A DNA stretch of 64,000 bases from an uncultured Clostridia bacterium (GTDB lineage Bacteria > Bacillota > Clostridia > Christensenellales > UBA1242), in NCBI GenBank assembly GCA_947366545.1, contig CANBAL010000002.1, forward strand, positions 14,889 through 78,888, given 5' to 3'. This document shows positions 10,540-18,344 of this stretch, in pieces. A program made the position numbers and the translations under genes. The notes beneath the pieces are model-generated. The model made no database searches, had not been told where the DNA came from, and worked only from the letters and a program-made list of their open reading frames with translations. Each line of letters starts with the position of its first letter. Positions within the stretch are counted from its first letter, which is position 1.

Positions 10540-10911
10540 ATGAAAAATTTTATTATCACGGCGGTTGGACTAGCACTCATAATCACTTTTGGCTTTTTAA
10601 GAAGGGTATGGGCACCGTTTATATACTTTGCCCTTGCCTTTATTATGGTGTTATCTATTTATTGGCTTGTAGTTTTAATAAAAGACTATATACATAATTA
10701 TTATAAAGACATAGACGAAGACTTTAAGTTGTATAAGGCCAAGCTAATAAATTCCAGCGAAATTACTTTGGAGCAGATAGAAAAAAGCCCTAAATATTAT
10801 CTTAAAAAATTTCGTCGAACGCAATGGAAAGAGAAAGGGATTGATATATTAAAAATAAGTTTTGTCCTAGGCATATTAATTGCAGGCATCATATTATGTT
10901 TTACCTTATAA
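10540..10911 (+). CDS. hypothetical small membrane protein
   Basis: 123 aa. 2 N-terminal and 1 C-terminal TM helices. Start is 1 nt after the previous stop. Confidence 0.55.
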   Translation: MKNFIITAVGLALIITFGFLRRVWAPFIYFALAFIMVLSIYWLVVLIKDYIHNYYKDIDEDFKLYKAKLINSSEITLEQIEKSPKYYLKKFRRTQWKEKGIDILKISFVLGILIAGIILCFTL

Positions 10912-10989
10912 AAATATAAAACCCAACTATAAAGGAGGGTTTTTTCTTTATCTCGTCAATACTCGCGTACAAATTTGTGGCATAATTGC

Positions 10990-11018
10990 TTGATAAAAAG
11001 GCTCTCGTATGGTATAAT
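10990..11018 (+). promoter_or_regulatory. sigma-A type promoter of tig
   Basis: TTGATA (10990-10995), 17-nt spacer, TGgTATAAT extended -10 (TATAAT 11013-11018). Confidence 0.6.
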
Positions 11019-11045
11019 TATGAAAGTTCGAAAAAGGAGAAAAAT

Positions 11046-12320
11046 ATGTATAAATACGAATTAAAAGAAAAACAAGGCTCATTAAAAGTAAGCATATCTG
11101 CAAAAGATTGGCAGGATGCTGTTGAGAGAGCCTATGAAAAGAACAAAGGCAAGTATAATGTTCAAGGATTTAGAAAAGGTAAGGCACCAAGAAAGGTAAT
11201 CGAGCAAACATATGGCGATATGGTTTTCTTTGATGACGCCTTTGAAGATGTAGTTTCAAAAGAGTATGGAAAATTCCTTAATGAAAACAGAGAGGTAAAA
11301 CCTGCAAGTATGCCACAGGTAGAAATGAATAGTTTTACTGCCGACAAGGGAGTAGAGGCTACACTTACTTTTGACCTTATGCCAGAGGTGTCGCTTGGCG
11401 ACATTAAGTCATTAAAAACTAAGAAAAAGGCTGCAAAGGTGGATGACAAAATGGTGGACGCCGAACTTGAAAGAATGAGATCGGCTCATGCACGCTTTGT
11501 AGAAAAGGAAAAGACTGCCGAGAACGGAGATTTTGCTACTATTGATTTTTCTGGTAGTGTTGATGGCGTTAAATTTGAGGGCGGCACAGCAGAGAATTAT
11601 AGACTAGAACTCGGCTCACACACTTTTATTGATGGCTTTGAGGATCAGGTCGTAGGAATGAAACTTGGGCAGACTAGAGATGTTAATGTAACCTTCCCAG
11701 ACAATTACCAAGCAGAAAATCTCAAAGGCAAGCCTGCTGTATTTGTGGTAACACTCAAAAAGGTTGAGGAAAAACAGTTGCCAGAGCTTAATGATAAGTT
11801 CATAGCAGATTCGACAGAATTTGAGACCTTAGATGAATATAAAAAGAGTTTAAAGGAAAGACTTTTAAAGGACGCTGAGAATAGAGCGGAACACGAGTAT
11901 GAAAATGCATTGATCGAGGAAGTAGTGTCATTAAGCACAGTAGATATTCCACATTCAATGATTCATGAAGAGGCTCATTATCTCATCCATGACCTTGAGC
12001 ATAGATTGTCTCATCAAAACATGAAACTTGAAGATTATTTGCGCTATTCTAATATGACTTATGATGCTCTTCACGAGAAAATGGAAGAAGGGGCAAAGAG
12101 AACAGTAAAGACTCGTTTAGTTCTTCAAGCAATAATTACAAAGAATAATATTACTGTAAGTGAGGCCGAACTTGAGGCACATCTTGCAAAATGGGCAGAG
12201 AGATACAATATGCCACTTGAGGAAGTTAAAAACACAATTTCTGATCAAGATAGAGGCTACTTTGAGAACGAAGTAATGATGGAAAAACTTATTTCATACC
12301 TCAAAGGTGAAAGCAAATAA
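11046..12320 (+). CDS. tig: trigger factor
   Basis: MYKYELKEKQGSLKVSIS..., GFRKGKAPRKVIEQ ribosome-binding motif, FKBP-like middle domain. ATG 11046 has RBS AAAAGGAGA; the 10986 start is rejected. Confidence 0.93.
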   Translation: MYKYELKEKQGSLKVSISAKDWQDAVERAYEKNKGKYNVQGFRKGKAPRKVIEQTYGDMVFFDDAFEDVVSKEYGKFLNENREVKPASMPQVEMNSFTADKGVEATLTFDLMPEVSLGDIKSLKTKKKAAKVDDKMVDAELERMRSAHARFVEKEKTAENGDFATIDFSGSVDGVKFEGGTAENYRLELGSHTFIDGFEDQVVGMKLGQTRDVNVTFPDNYQAENLKGKPAVFVVTLKKVEEKQLPELNDKFIADSTEFETLDEYKKSLKERLLKDAENRAEHEYENALIEEVVSLSTVDIPHSMIHEEAHYLIHDLEHRLSHQNMKLEDYLRYSNMTYDALHEKMEEGAKRTVKTRLVLQAIITKNNITVSEAELEAHLAKWAERYNMPLEEVKNTISDQDRGYFENEVMMEKLISYLKGESK

Positions 12321-12381
12321 AGACAAGATTCGCACTCATAAGATATGTGAATAAAAGTAGAATAAATAGGGAGGATAGAAT

Positions 12382-12972
12382 ATGTTAATACCTATGGTAG
12401 TGGACCAAAGCGGAAATGGTGAGAGGTCATATGATATATATTCAAGATTACTTGAAGACCGCATTATATTTCTGAATGGTGAAATAGATGACAACGTGGC
12501 AAATAGTATTGTTGCCCAACTTATATACCTTGAAGGAAAAAATCCAGATAAAGATATCTTTCTTTATATAAATTCTCCAGGGGGCAGTATAAGTGCGGGG
12601 CTTGCCATATATGACACTATGAAATATATCAAGTGTGATGTATCAACTCTGTGTATAGGGCTTGCTGCGTCCATGGGTGCATTTCTTCTTGCCGGTGGAA
12701 CAAAGGGGAAAAGGTTTGCTCTTCCAAACAGTGAAATTCTTATTCACCAACCACTTGGCGGAGCGCAAGGTCAAGCAAGCGATATTCTCATCCACGCAAA
12801 ACATATTGAGTTCATAAAGAAAAAAATGAATACAATACTCAGTGCAAACACTGGTAAGCCATTAAAGGTTGTCGAAAAAGATACAGATAGAGATAACTTT
12901 ATGACCCCAGAAGAAGCAAAAGACTATGGTATAATAGACGAAATATTTGTAACTCGTAAGAAAACAAAATAG
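12382..12972 (+). CDS. clpP: ATP-dependent Clp protease proteolytic subunit
   Basis: [11 protein letters not shown]..., catalytic [18 protein letters not shown]. Confidence 0.97.
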   Translation: MLIPMVVDQSGNGERSYDIYSRLLEDRIIFLNGEIDDNVANSIVAQLIYLEGKNPDKDIFLYINSPGGSISAGLAIYDTMKYIKCDVSTLCIGLAASMGAFLLAGGTKGKRFALPNSEILIHQPLGGAQGQASDILIHAKHIEFIKKKMNTILSANTGKPLKVVEKDTDRDNFMTPEEAKDYGIIDEIFVTRKKTK

Positions 12973-12981
12973 GGAGGCAGT

Positions 12982-14238
12982 ATGTTAGATGACGAAACTT
13001 GCAGTTGCTCATTCTGTGGCAAGTCACAAAAGAATGCAAAAAAGTTAATCGCCAGCCCAGGTGGCGAAGCATTTATATGTGACGAGTGCATAGCAATATG
13101 CCGTGATATAATGAGTGATGAGGAGAAGAAATCATCTTTCGAGAAGATTGAACTTCCAACACCTGAGGAAATAAAGTTAAAATTAGATGAGTATATTGTA
13201 GGACAAGACGAAGCAAAACGAGTACTTGCTGTTGCGGTATATAACCACTATAAAAGGATAAATTACAATTTTGCTGAGGATGTAAAAGATATAGAACTTG
13301 AAAAAAGCAATATTCTCATGGTAGGGCCAACAGGCTCAGGCAAAACACTCCTTGCAAAAACACTTGCAAAAATTTTAAAAGTGCCTTTCGCTACAGCAGA
13401 TGCAACCACGCTTACTGAAGCGGGTTATGTCGGCGATGATGTTGAAAATATATTGTTGAAACTCATCCAAAATGCAGATTATGATATCGGAAAAGCAGAA
13501 CGCGGGATTATCTATATTGATGAGATAGACAAAATCGCAAAAAAGACGCAAAATGTATCTATAACACGGGATGTCGCTGGTGAGGGTGTGCAACAAGCAC
13601 TATTAAAAATTATGGAATCTACCGTGGCAAATGTTCCGCCACAAGGTGGCCGTAAACATCCACATCAAGAGATGATTCAAATTGACACCACAAACATTCT
13701 ATTCATTTGTGGTGGAGCCTTTGTTGGACTTGATAAAATCATAGAAAAGAGGGCGAATGATACCTCAGCACTTGGTTTTAGTGCATCAGTCAAAGGCGAA
13801 GACGAAAAGATTAGTGCAGAGATTGTCAAAGATGTTCAGCCAAATGATCTTATAAAATTTGGTCTTATTCCAGAGTTTATCGGTAGACTTCCTGTAGTAG
13901 TAGGGCTTGATGATCTAGATGAAAATGCATTGTCTAAAATTTTAGTTGAGCCAAAGAATTCAATTATCAAACAATATAAACTCATGTTTAAGATAGATGG
14001 CATTGATATAGAATTTTCGGGTGATGCAGTCAAGGCGGTGGCTAAAAAGGCGATGGATTTAAAGACAGGTGCAAGGGGGCTTCGTACAATTCTTGAAAGT
14101 AAGATGAATAAACTGATGTATGAGGTGCCAAGTCATAAAGACATTTCAAAGATAATTGTCACCGATAAATTTATTGAACTTGACAACTCTGAGCCTGAAA
14201 TTATAAAAATTGAGCCAGATAAAAAAGAAGTAGGTTAA
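12982..14238 (+). CDS. clpX: ATP-dependent Clp protease ATP-binding subunit ClpX
   Basis: Zn-finger CSFCGK...CDECI, Walker A GPTGSGKT, Walker [10 protein letters not shown]. Confidence 0.97.
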   Translation: MLDDETCSCSFCGKSQKNAKKLIASPGGEAFICDECIAICRDIMSDEEKKSSFEKIELPTPEEIKLKLDEYIVGQDEAKRVLAVAVYNHYKRINYNFAEDVKDIELEKSNILMVGPTGSGKTLLAKTLAKILKVPFATADATTLTEAGYVGDDVENILLKLIQNADYDIGKAERGIIYIDEIDKIAKKTQNVSITRDVAGEGVQQALLKIMESTVANVPPQGGRKHPHQEMIQIDTTNILFICGGAFVGLDKIIEKRANDTSALGFSASVKGEDEKISAEIVKDVQPNDLIKFGLIPEFIGRLPVVVGLDDLDENALSKILVEPKNSIIKQYKLMFKIDGIDIEFSGDAVKAVAKKAMDLKTGARGLRTILESKMNKLMYEVPSHKDISKIIVTDKFIELDNSEPEIIKIEPDKKEVG

Positions 14239-14302
14239 TTTATAGCCTATTTCTTTTGTTTATAAATTTGTTTTATGATATAATTAATCTAAGAGGTGGG
14301 GA

Positions 14303-15058
14303 ATGAAAATAAAAATTGCGAACTTTAATATAAGCGGCGGTATTTACGATAATACACAAAACTGTGACTACCTAGATAAGAAAGCAGCACAAAATTATGA
14401 TGATAAATTTCAGAAAGAAATTATAAAACTTATAAATAAAAATCAAATTGATGTGATTTCTTTTCAAGAGATAATTACAACTAAATCTACCAAATATATA
14501 AATAAGATTATGGAAAATACTAATTTGAAATATTGTTCATTTTTTGAATTAAGCCCATGTAATTTGGTCGAAAATACAAATTGTGGAATAGCGGTTTTAT
14601 CAAGATATAAATTATCGGGTGTGAAAAAGATAATGTTTAATAACCCAAAACTTGCCAAAACAACAAAGACTGGAAAAACTTATTATACTTTTGATAAAGG
14701 GTGTTTATTTTGCATAGTCAATGCTGGAGATAAGAAGTTAAGATTATTGACACACCATGGGTTCCCTTATAGACGATTTAATTCGACTTCTGGGCAAAAC
14801 CTTCAAGTGTTTAAGCAATTTGATGACATTATTGAACAATGCAAACCAGATATGGTGACAGGTGATTTCAATGAACAAGATTTTATGTCTTTAATGCCCA
14901 AATTTGATAGTAAATTTAGAAGGACAATAAATGCTATAACTACAGATGATGGAATGAAATTTGATGATATATGTATTTTAAAATCCCAAAAAGCAAAAAC
15001 CAAGATAGTAGAAAGCCAATCTGATCATTTTATGGTAATGGCATCAATAGAAATTTAA
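14303..15058 (+). CDS. endonuclease/exonuclease/phosphatase (EEP) family protein
   Basis: 251 aa. N-terminal ..NFNISGG.., FQEI, GDFN, C-terminal SDHFMV motif. Confidence 0.75.
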   Translation: MKIKIANFNISGGIYDNTQNCDYLDKKAAQNYDDKFQKEIIKLINKNQIDVISFQEIITTKSTKYINKIMENTNLKYCSFFELSPCNLVENTNCGIAVLSRYKLSGVKKIMFNNPKLAKTTKTGKTYYTFDKGCLFCIVNAGDKKLRLLTHHGFPYRRFNSTSGQNLQVFKQFDDIIEQCKPDMVTGDFNEQDFMSLMPKFDSKFRRTINAITTDDGMKFDDICILKSQKAKTKIVESQSDHFMVMASIEI

Positions 15059-15099
15059 CAAATTATTAAATCTACACATATAAACATATAGGAGGTTAT

Positions 15100-15381
15100 A
15101 TGAGTAGATTTTTTAATATTTATAACAACGGAAATGTAGAAAATACATACAAAACAATTCAAAATACTCGTGCCGATATAATAGGGGAATTAGACGCCAT
15201 TATTCAGTACGATAGTCACTATCATGAAACCGATGACCCAAGGGCAAAACAGACAATTCGTGATATAATGGAAGAGGAAAAACTCCATATTGGCCAACTT
15301 TTTGGATTACTTTTCAGCCTTGACACAACTAGCAAAACCCAATTTGAAAAAGGTCTTGATGAATTTAATGAAACAAAATAA
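15100..15381 (+). CDS. small ferritin-like (rubrerythrin/EncFtn-like) protein
   Basis: 93 aa. IGELDAIIQYDSH...MEEEKLHIGQL resembles the E..Y / EExxH di-iron motif. No neighbouring encapsulin gene. Confidence 0.5.
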   Translation: MSRFFNIYNNGNVENTYKTIQNTRADIIGELDAIIQYDSHYHETDDPRAKQTIRDIMEEEKLHIGQLFGLLFSLDTTSKTQFEKGLDEFNETK

Positions 15382-15410
15382 AAAACAGCCGTAATCGACT
15401 GTTTTATTTT

Positions 15411-15492
15411 TGGTGCGGGCGGTGGGACTTGAACCCACACTCTTTCGAACACGCCCCTTAAACGTGCGCGTCTGCCATTCCGCCACGCCCGC
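15411..15492 (-). tRNA. tRNA-Leu (type II; canonical fold gives anticodon AAG)
   Basis: Minus strand: GCGGGCG-TG-GCG..CGC-G-CACGT-TTAAGGG-GCGTG-TTCGAAAGAGT-GTGGG-TTCAAGT-CCCAC-CGCCCGC-ACCA. 7-bp acceptor stem, T-loop TTCAAGT, extra arm, encoded CCA. Confidence 0.85.
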
Positions 15493-15522
15493 ATCTTTTT
15501 TGAATTCGCACACCTATAATAT

Positions 15523-15605
15523 GCGCCCGTTTACTTAAACGCACGCGTCTGCCACTGCACCCCAAAAACATTGTTTTAGGGGAACCCCGCATCCGCCACG
15601 CCCGC
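15523..15605 (-). pseudogene. degenerate tRNA-Leu-derived fragment
   Basis: Repeats the tRNA 5' part GCGGGCGTGGCGGA, then a 32-nt hairpin insert, then GTGGCAGACGCGTGCGTTTAAG. No T-arm and no 3' acceptor strand. Confidence 0.6.
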
Positions 15606-15677
15606 ATACTAGTAGACTTAATTGCATACCTGCTTTTTAAGTGTACTTTGATATTATATAAAAATTTTTTTATATTG

Positions 15678-16571
15678 TCAACTGATTTTTATAAGTTTAT
15701 TGATATCTTCTGGAAAATCTATTTCAAAATTTAATGTTTTGTTTAGGAAAGGGTGGAAAAAGGAAATCTCTTTGCATACTAGGGCGGAGTGAAAAATCAC
15801 GCTGCTTTTTTTACCGTAAATTTCATCGCCAAGAAGTGGATGCCCGATACTAGATAGATGCAAGCGGATTTGGTGAGTGCGACCATGTTCAAGTTTAAGT
15901 TTGATGAGTGAATAGCCTTCAAGTTGCATAATAGGGGTTACATAAGTAGTAGCAGGCTTGCCATTAGGAGAAATTATCCTTTTGCGTACATTAATGCCGT
16001 TTTCAATTAATGTTTGAATAGGTGAGTTTATCGTAATAGGAGACTGCATAACTCCTTCACATAGTGCATAATAGGTTTTTTCGATATTTTTTATTTTATT
16101 GCAGGCAATTAAATTTTTTGCAAATATTACAATGCCAGCAGTATCTTTGTCAAGGCGATTTAAAACTCTTATAGTAGAGCCTTCGCCTAGATAGTGCATA
16201 ACACCTCCTGACAGGTTATAATCATAATGGGAGCGATTGGGAATGGTGCTTATGCCAGCGGGCTTATTAATTAGGAGGTAGTATGCATCTTCATACACTA
16301 TATCTAGTGGTAGTATGCATGGCATAATACTTGATTTTGAGTTGTCGTTGTTTGCAATTTTTAAAATTTGCCCTTCTTTTATAGGCTCAACTATTTTTAC
16401 GGGAGTGTCATCAAGAAGAATATAACCGATTTGTTTACGCAAAAAAGAAGTGTACCTTTCGGAGACACCATTGCTTTTTAAAAAATGGTACACTGATTTA
16501 TAGTCTTTATCTATGATAAACTGCTGGTATTCCACGGGGTTATTATAGCATTGTTTGAGGGAAGAAAGCAA
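15678..16571 (-). CDS. RluA-family pseudouridine synthase
   Basis: S4-like N-terminus, catalytic NRLDKDTAGIVIFAKN, HGRTHQIRLHL. Start uncertain: TTG with an abutting SD. Confidence 0.85.
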   Translation of the reverse strand: MLSSLKQCYNNPVEYQQFIIDKDYKSVYHFLKSNGVSERYTSFLRKQIGYILLDDTPVKIVEPIKEGQILKIANNDNSKSSIMPCILPLDIVYEDAYYLLINKPAGISTIPNRSHYDYNLSGGVMHYLGEGSTIRVLNRLDKDTAGIVIFAKNLIACNKIKNIEKTYYALCEGVMQSPITINSPIQTLIENGINVRKRIISPNGKPATTYVTPIMQLEGYSLIKLKLEHGRTHQIRLHLSSIGHPLLGDEIYGKKSSVIFHSALVCKEISFFHPFLNKTLNFEIDFPEDINKLIKIS

Positions 16572-16583
16572 CCTTTAGTGTCA

Positions 16584-16617
16584 ATAAAAAACAAGTCACT
16601 TTTGTGACTTGCTTTTA
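16584..16617 (-). terminator. intrinsic terminator of the 141-aa gene
   Basis: CAAGTCAC-tttt-GTGACTTG hairpin with a T-run on the minus strand. Confidence 0.7.
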
Positions 16618-17043
16618 TTACATTTCATCGTCTTCTTTGATCTTGATTAATGCCGCGCCTTCTGCCATTGCGCAAATTCCAACGAGTGGCATACATAAAC
16701 CTATGTTTAAACCCTGTGCTGTTTTATACTCCTTACCTAAACTTGACTTTTTTAAATTTTCAACTACAAATTCTTGTGAGTTAAGTTTATCTTGTAATTG
16801 TGCATATTCCTTTGACAATGCAATTGTTTCCTGTGCATCTTTGCTTTCTGACATGGCTTGTTCAAGTTTTTTAAGTTGAGCATTGTGTTTAGCACAAGCG
16901 TCTGCATATTCTTGTGACCTCATGTATTTTATTATCGCTGTCTGCATTTGATCTTTAGTTATTTGGCAGCCTGCGATAGAAGCAGATAAACCAACAAACG
17001 CTGTAATGTATGTACAGATACGAATGACCTTGCGTTTCTTCAT
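16618..17043 (-). CDS. hypothetical lipoprotein/membrane protein with coiled-coil middle, C-terminal TM and acidic ...EDDEM tail
   Basis: 141 aa. Signal peptide with lipobox SIAGC, helical Q/K/E-rich core, TM GLCMPLVGICAMAEGAALI. RBS AAAGGAG. Same architecture as 23092-23595. Confidence 0.65.
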   Translation of the reverse strand: MKKRKVIRICTYITAFVGLSASIAGCQITKDQMQTAIIKYMRSQEYADACAKHNAQLKKLEQAMSESKDAQETIALSKEYAQLQDKLNSQEFVVENLKKSSLGKEYKTAQGLNIGLCMPLVGICAMAEGAALIKIKEDDEM

Positions 17044-17069
17044 TTTCTTTCTCCTTTATTTATGGCTTT

Positions 17070-17099
17070 ATTATACCATAGTGGGGGGGGGATTGTCAA
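17070..17099 (-). promoter_or_regulatory. consensus sigma-A promoter with C9 tract in the spacer (candidate phase-variable)
   Basis: Minus strand: TTGACA (17099-17094), 18-nt spacer ATCCCCCCCCCACTATGG, TATAAT (17075-17070) with TGn extension. C9 run = 17083-17091. Confidence 0.75.
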
Positions 17100-17117
17100 T
17101 ACCCTTTTTTAGTTTTT

Positions 17118-17188
17118 TAGATTTCTCCGTTGCGCCCTTATGGGCTTCGGTCGAAATGACAAAAGGATGGGCGGTCGAAATGACAAAA
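17118..17188 (+). repeat. REP-like intergenic hairpin repeat, copy a
   Basis: TAGATTTCTCCG-[GCCC-ttat-GGGC]-TTCGGTCGAAATGACAAAAG, plus a second GGTCGAAATGACAAAAG. Related copies at 44548-44590 and 47399-47466. Confidence 0.85.
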
Positions 17189-17265
17189 GAGAGAAAGTAC
17201 GGGATGACGAGAGTGGATGGGACAAAGGGTGAAGAAAAGTATTATAAATACTTTGGCTAATTTGT

Positions 17266-17295
17266 TTGACAAAATAAGGGGCGAGGGAGTATCAT
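17266..17295 (+). promoter_or_regulatory. probable promoter of pheST
   Basis: TTGACA (17266-17271), 18-nt spacer, TATCAT (17290-17295). No T-box leader follows. Confidence 0.45.
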
Positions 17296-17319
17296 TAAAA
17301 CATATTTATAGGAGCGATT

Positions 17320-18339
17320 ATGAAAGAACAACTTTTGAAGATTAAAGAAGATGCACTTAAAGAGTTGGGCGGAGTGAAAACACTGACTGAACTTAACGAT
17401 TTAAGAGTGAAATATCTTGGAAAGGCAGGTGCCCTTACCGCGATTTTACGCGGTATGCGTGAGGTTGCGCCCGAGGACAGACCTATTATTGGTGCACTTG
17501 TAAACGAGGTGAGAGAGAGCCTTGAAAATGCGATAAAAGAAAGAGGAGAGAGCCTTGAAACCGAGGCATTAAATGCCCGTCTTGCAAGTGAGAGCGTAGA
17601 CATTACCGAGCCTAGCCGTGGGCAAGCGCGAGGTGCGTTGCATCCAGTGACCCGTGTGCTTGACAAACTTATTTCAAGTTGCGTTGACATGGGTTTTAGT
17701 GTTGTGCAAGGACCAGAAGTGGAAACAGATTATTACAACTTTGAGGCAATGAATATTCCTAAAAATCATCCTGCAAGAGATATGCAAGATTCTTTCTATA
17801 TTACCGACAGCATTCTGCTTAGAACACATACTTCACCTATGCAGGCAAGAGAACTTGAGGTGAGAAAACCACCTTTCAAAATTGTTGTGCCTGGGGCGAC
17901 TTATCGAAACGACAGCGACTCTACACACAGCCCTGTGTTCCACCAAATGGAAGGGCTGGTGGTTGACGAACATGTTTCTATGGCCGACCTTAAAATTATG
18001 CTTAATGAACTTATGAAAAGAGTGTTTGGCGAGGGAACAAAAACAAGATTTAGACCTGCCTTTTTCCCTTTTACTGAGCCAAGCATTGAACTTGATGTGA
18101 CTTGTCCAACCTGTCATGGTGAGGGTTGCAGAATCTGCAAGGGCACGGGTTGGCTTGAACTTTTAGGCGCTGGTGTGGTAAATCCAAAGGTGCTTGAAAT
18201 GAGTGGGGTGGACTCTAGGAAATACAAGGGATTTGCTTTTGGAATTGGTATCGAGCGTCTTGCCATGGTGCTTAATGGAGTGCCAGACCTAAGAACACTT
18301 TTCAAAAACGATATTAGATTTTTAAATCAGATGAGGTAG
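17320..18339 (+). CDS. pheS: phenylalanine--tRNA ligase alpha subunit
   Basis: 339 aa. Class II motifs (HPARDMQDSFY, FRPAFFPFTEPS, GFAFGIGIERLAM). Confidence 0.97.
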   Translation: MKEQLLKIKEDALKELGGVKTLTELNDLRVKYLGKAGALTAILRGMREVAPEDRPIIGALVNEVRESLENAIKERGESLETEALNARLASESVDITEPSRGQARGALHPVTRVLDKLISSCVDMGFSVVQGPEVETDYYNFEAMNIPKNHPARDMQDSFYITDSILLRTHTSPMQARELEVRKPPFKIVVPGATYRNDSDSTHSPVFHQMEGLVVDEHVSMADLKIMLNELMKRVFGEGTKTRFRPAFFPFTEPSIELDVTCPTCHGEGCRICKGTGWLELLGAGVVNPKVLEMSGVDSRKYKGFAFGIGIERLAMVLNGVPDLRTLFKNDIRFLNQMR

Positions 18340-18344
18340 GAAAT

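Noticed and set aside
10986-11045. Longer upstream starts offered by the ORF track: tig 10986, SDR 3502, phosphatase 7506, 31669, 39485, 51104 and 56667.
   Set aside because: In each case an internal ATG or TTG is preceded by a well-spaced AGGAG-type RBS and matches the family N-terminus. The longer form overlaps an upstream gene, promoter or the RBS itself.
15523-15605. A second functional tRNA gene.
   Set aside because: It has no T-arm and no 3' acceptor strand complementary to GCGGGCG, and the D-loop is disrupted by a 32-nt insert. It is treated as a fragment.
17100-17319. T-box leaders upstream of pheS. I also checked upstream of serS (28976-29147) and lysS (1496-1566).
   Set aside because: The leaders are too short, and none contains the conserved T-box sequence (..GGTGGTACCGCG..) or a specifier-loop architecture.
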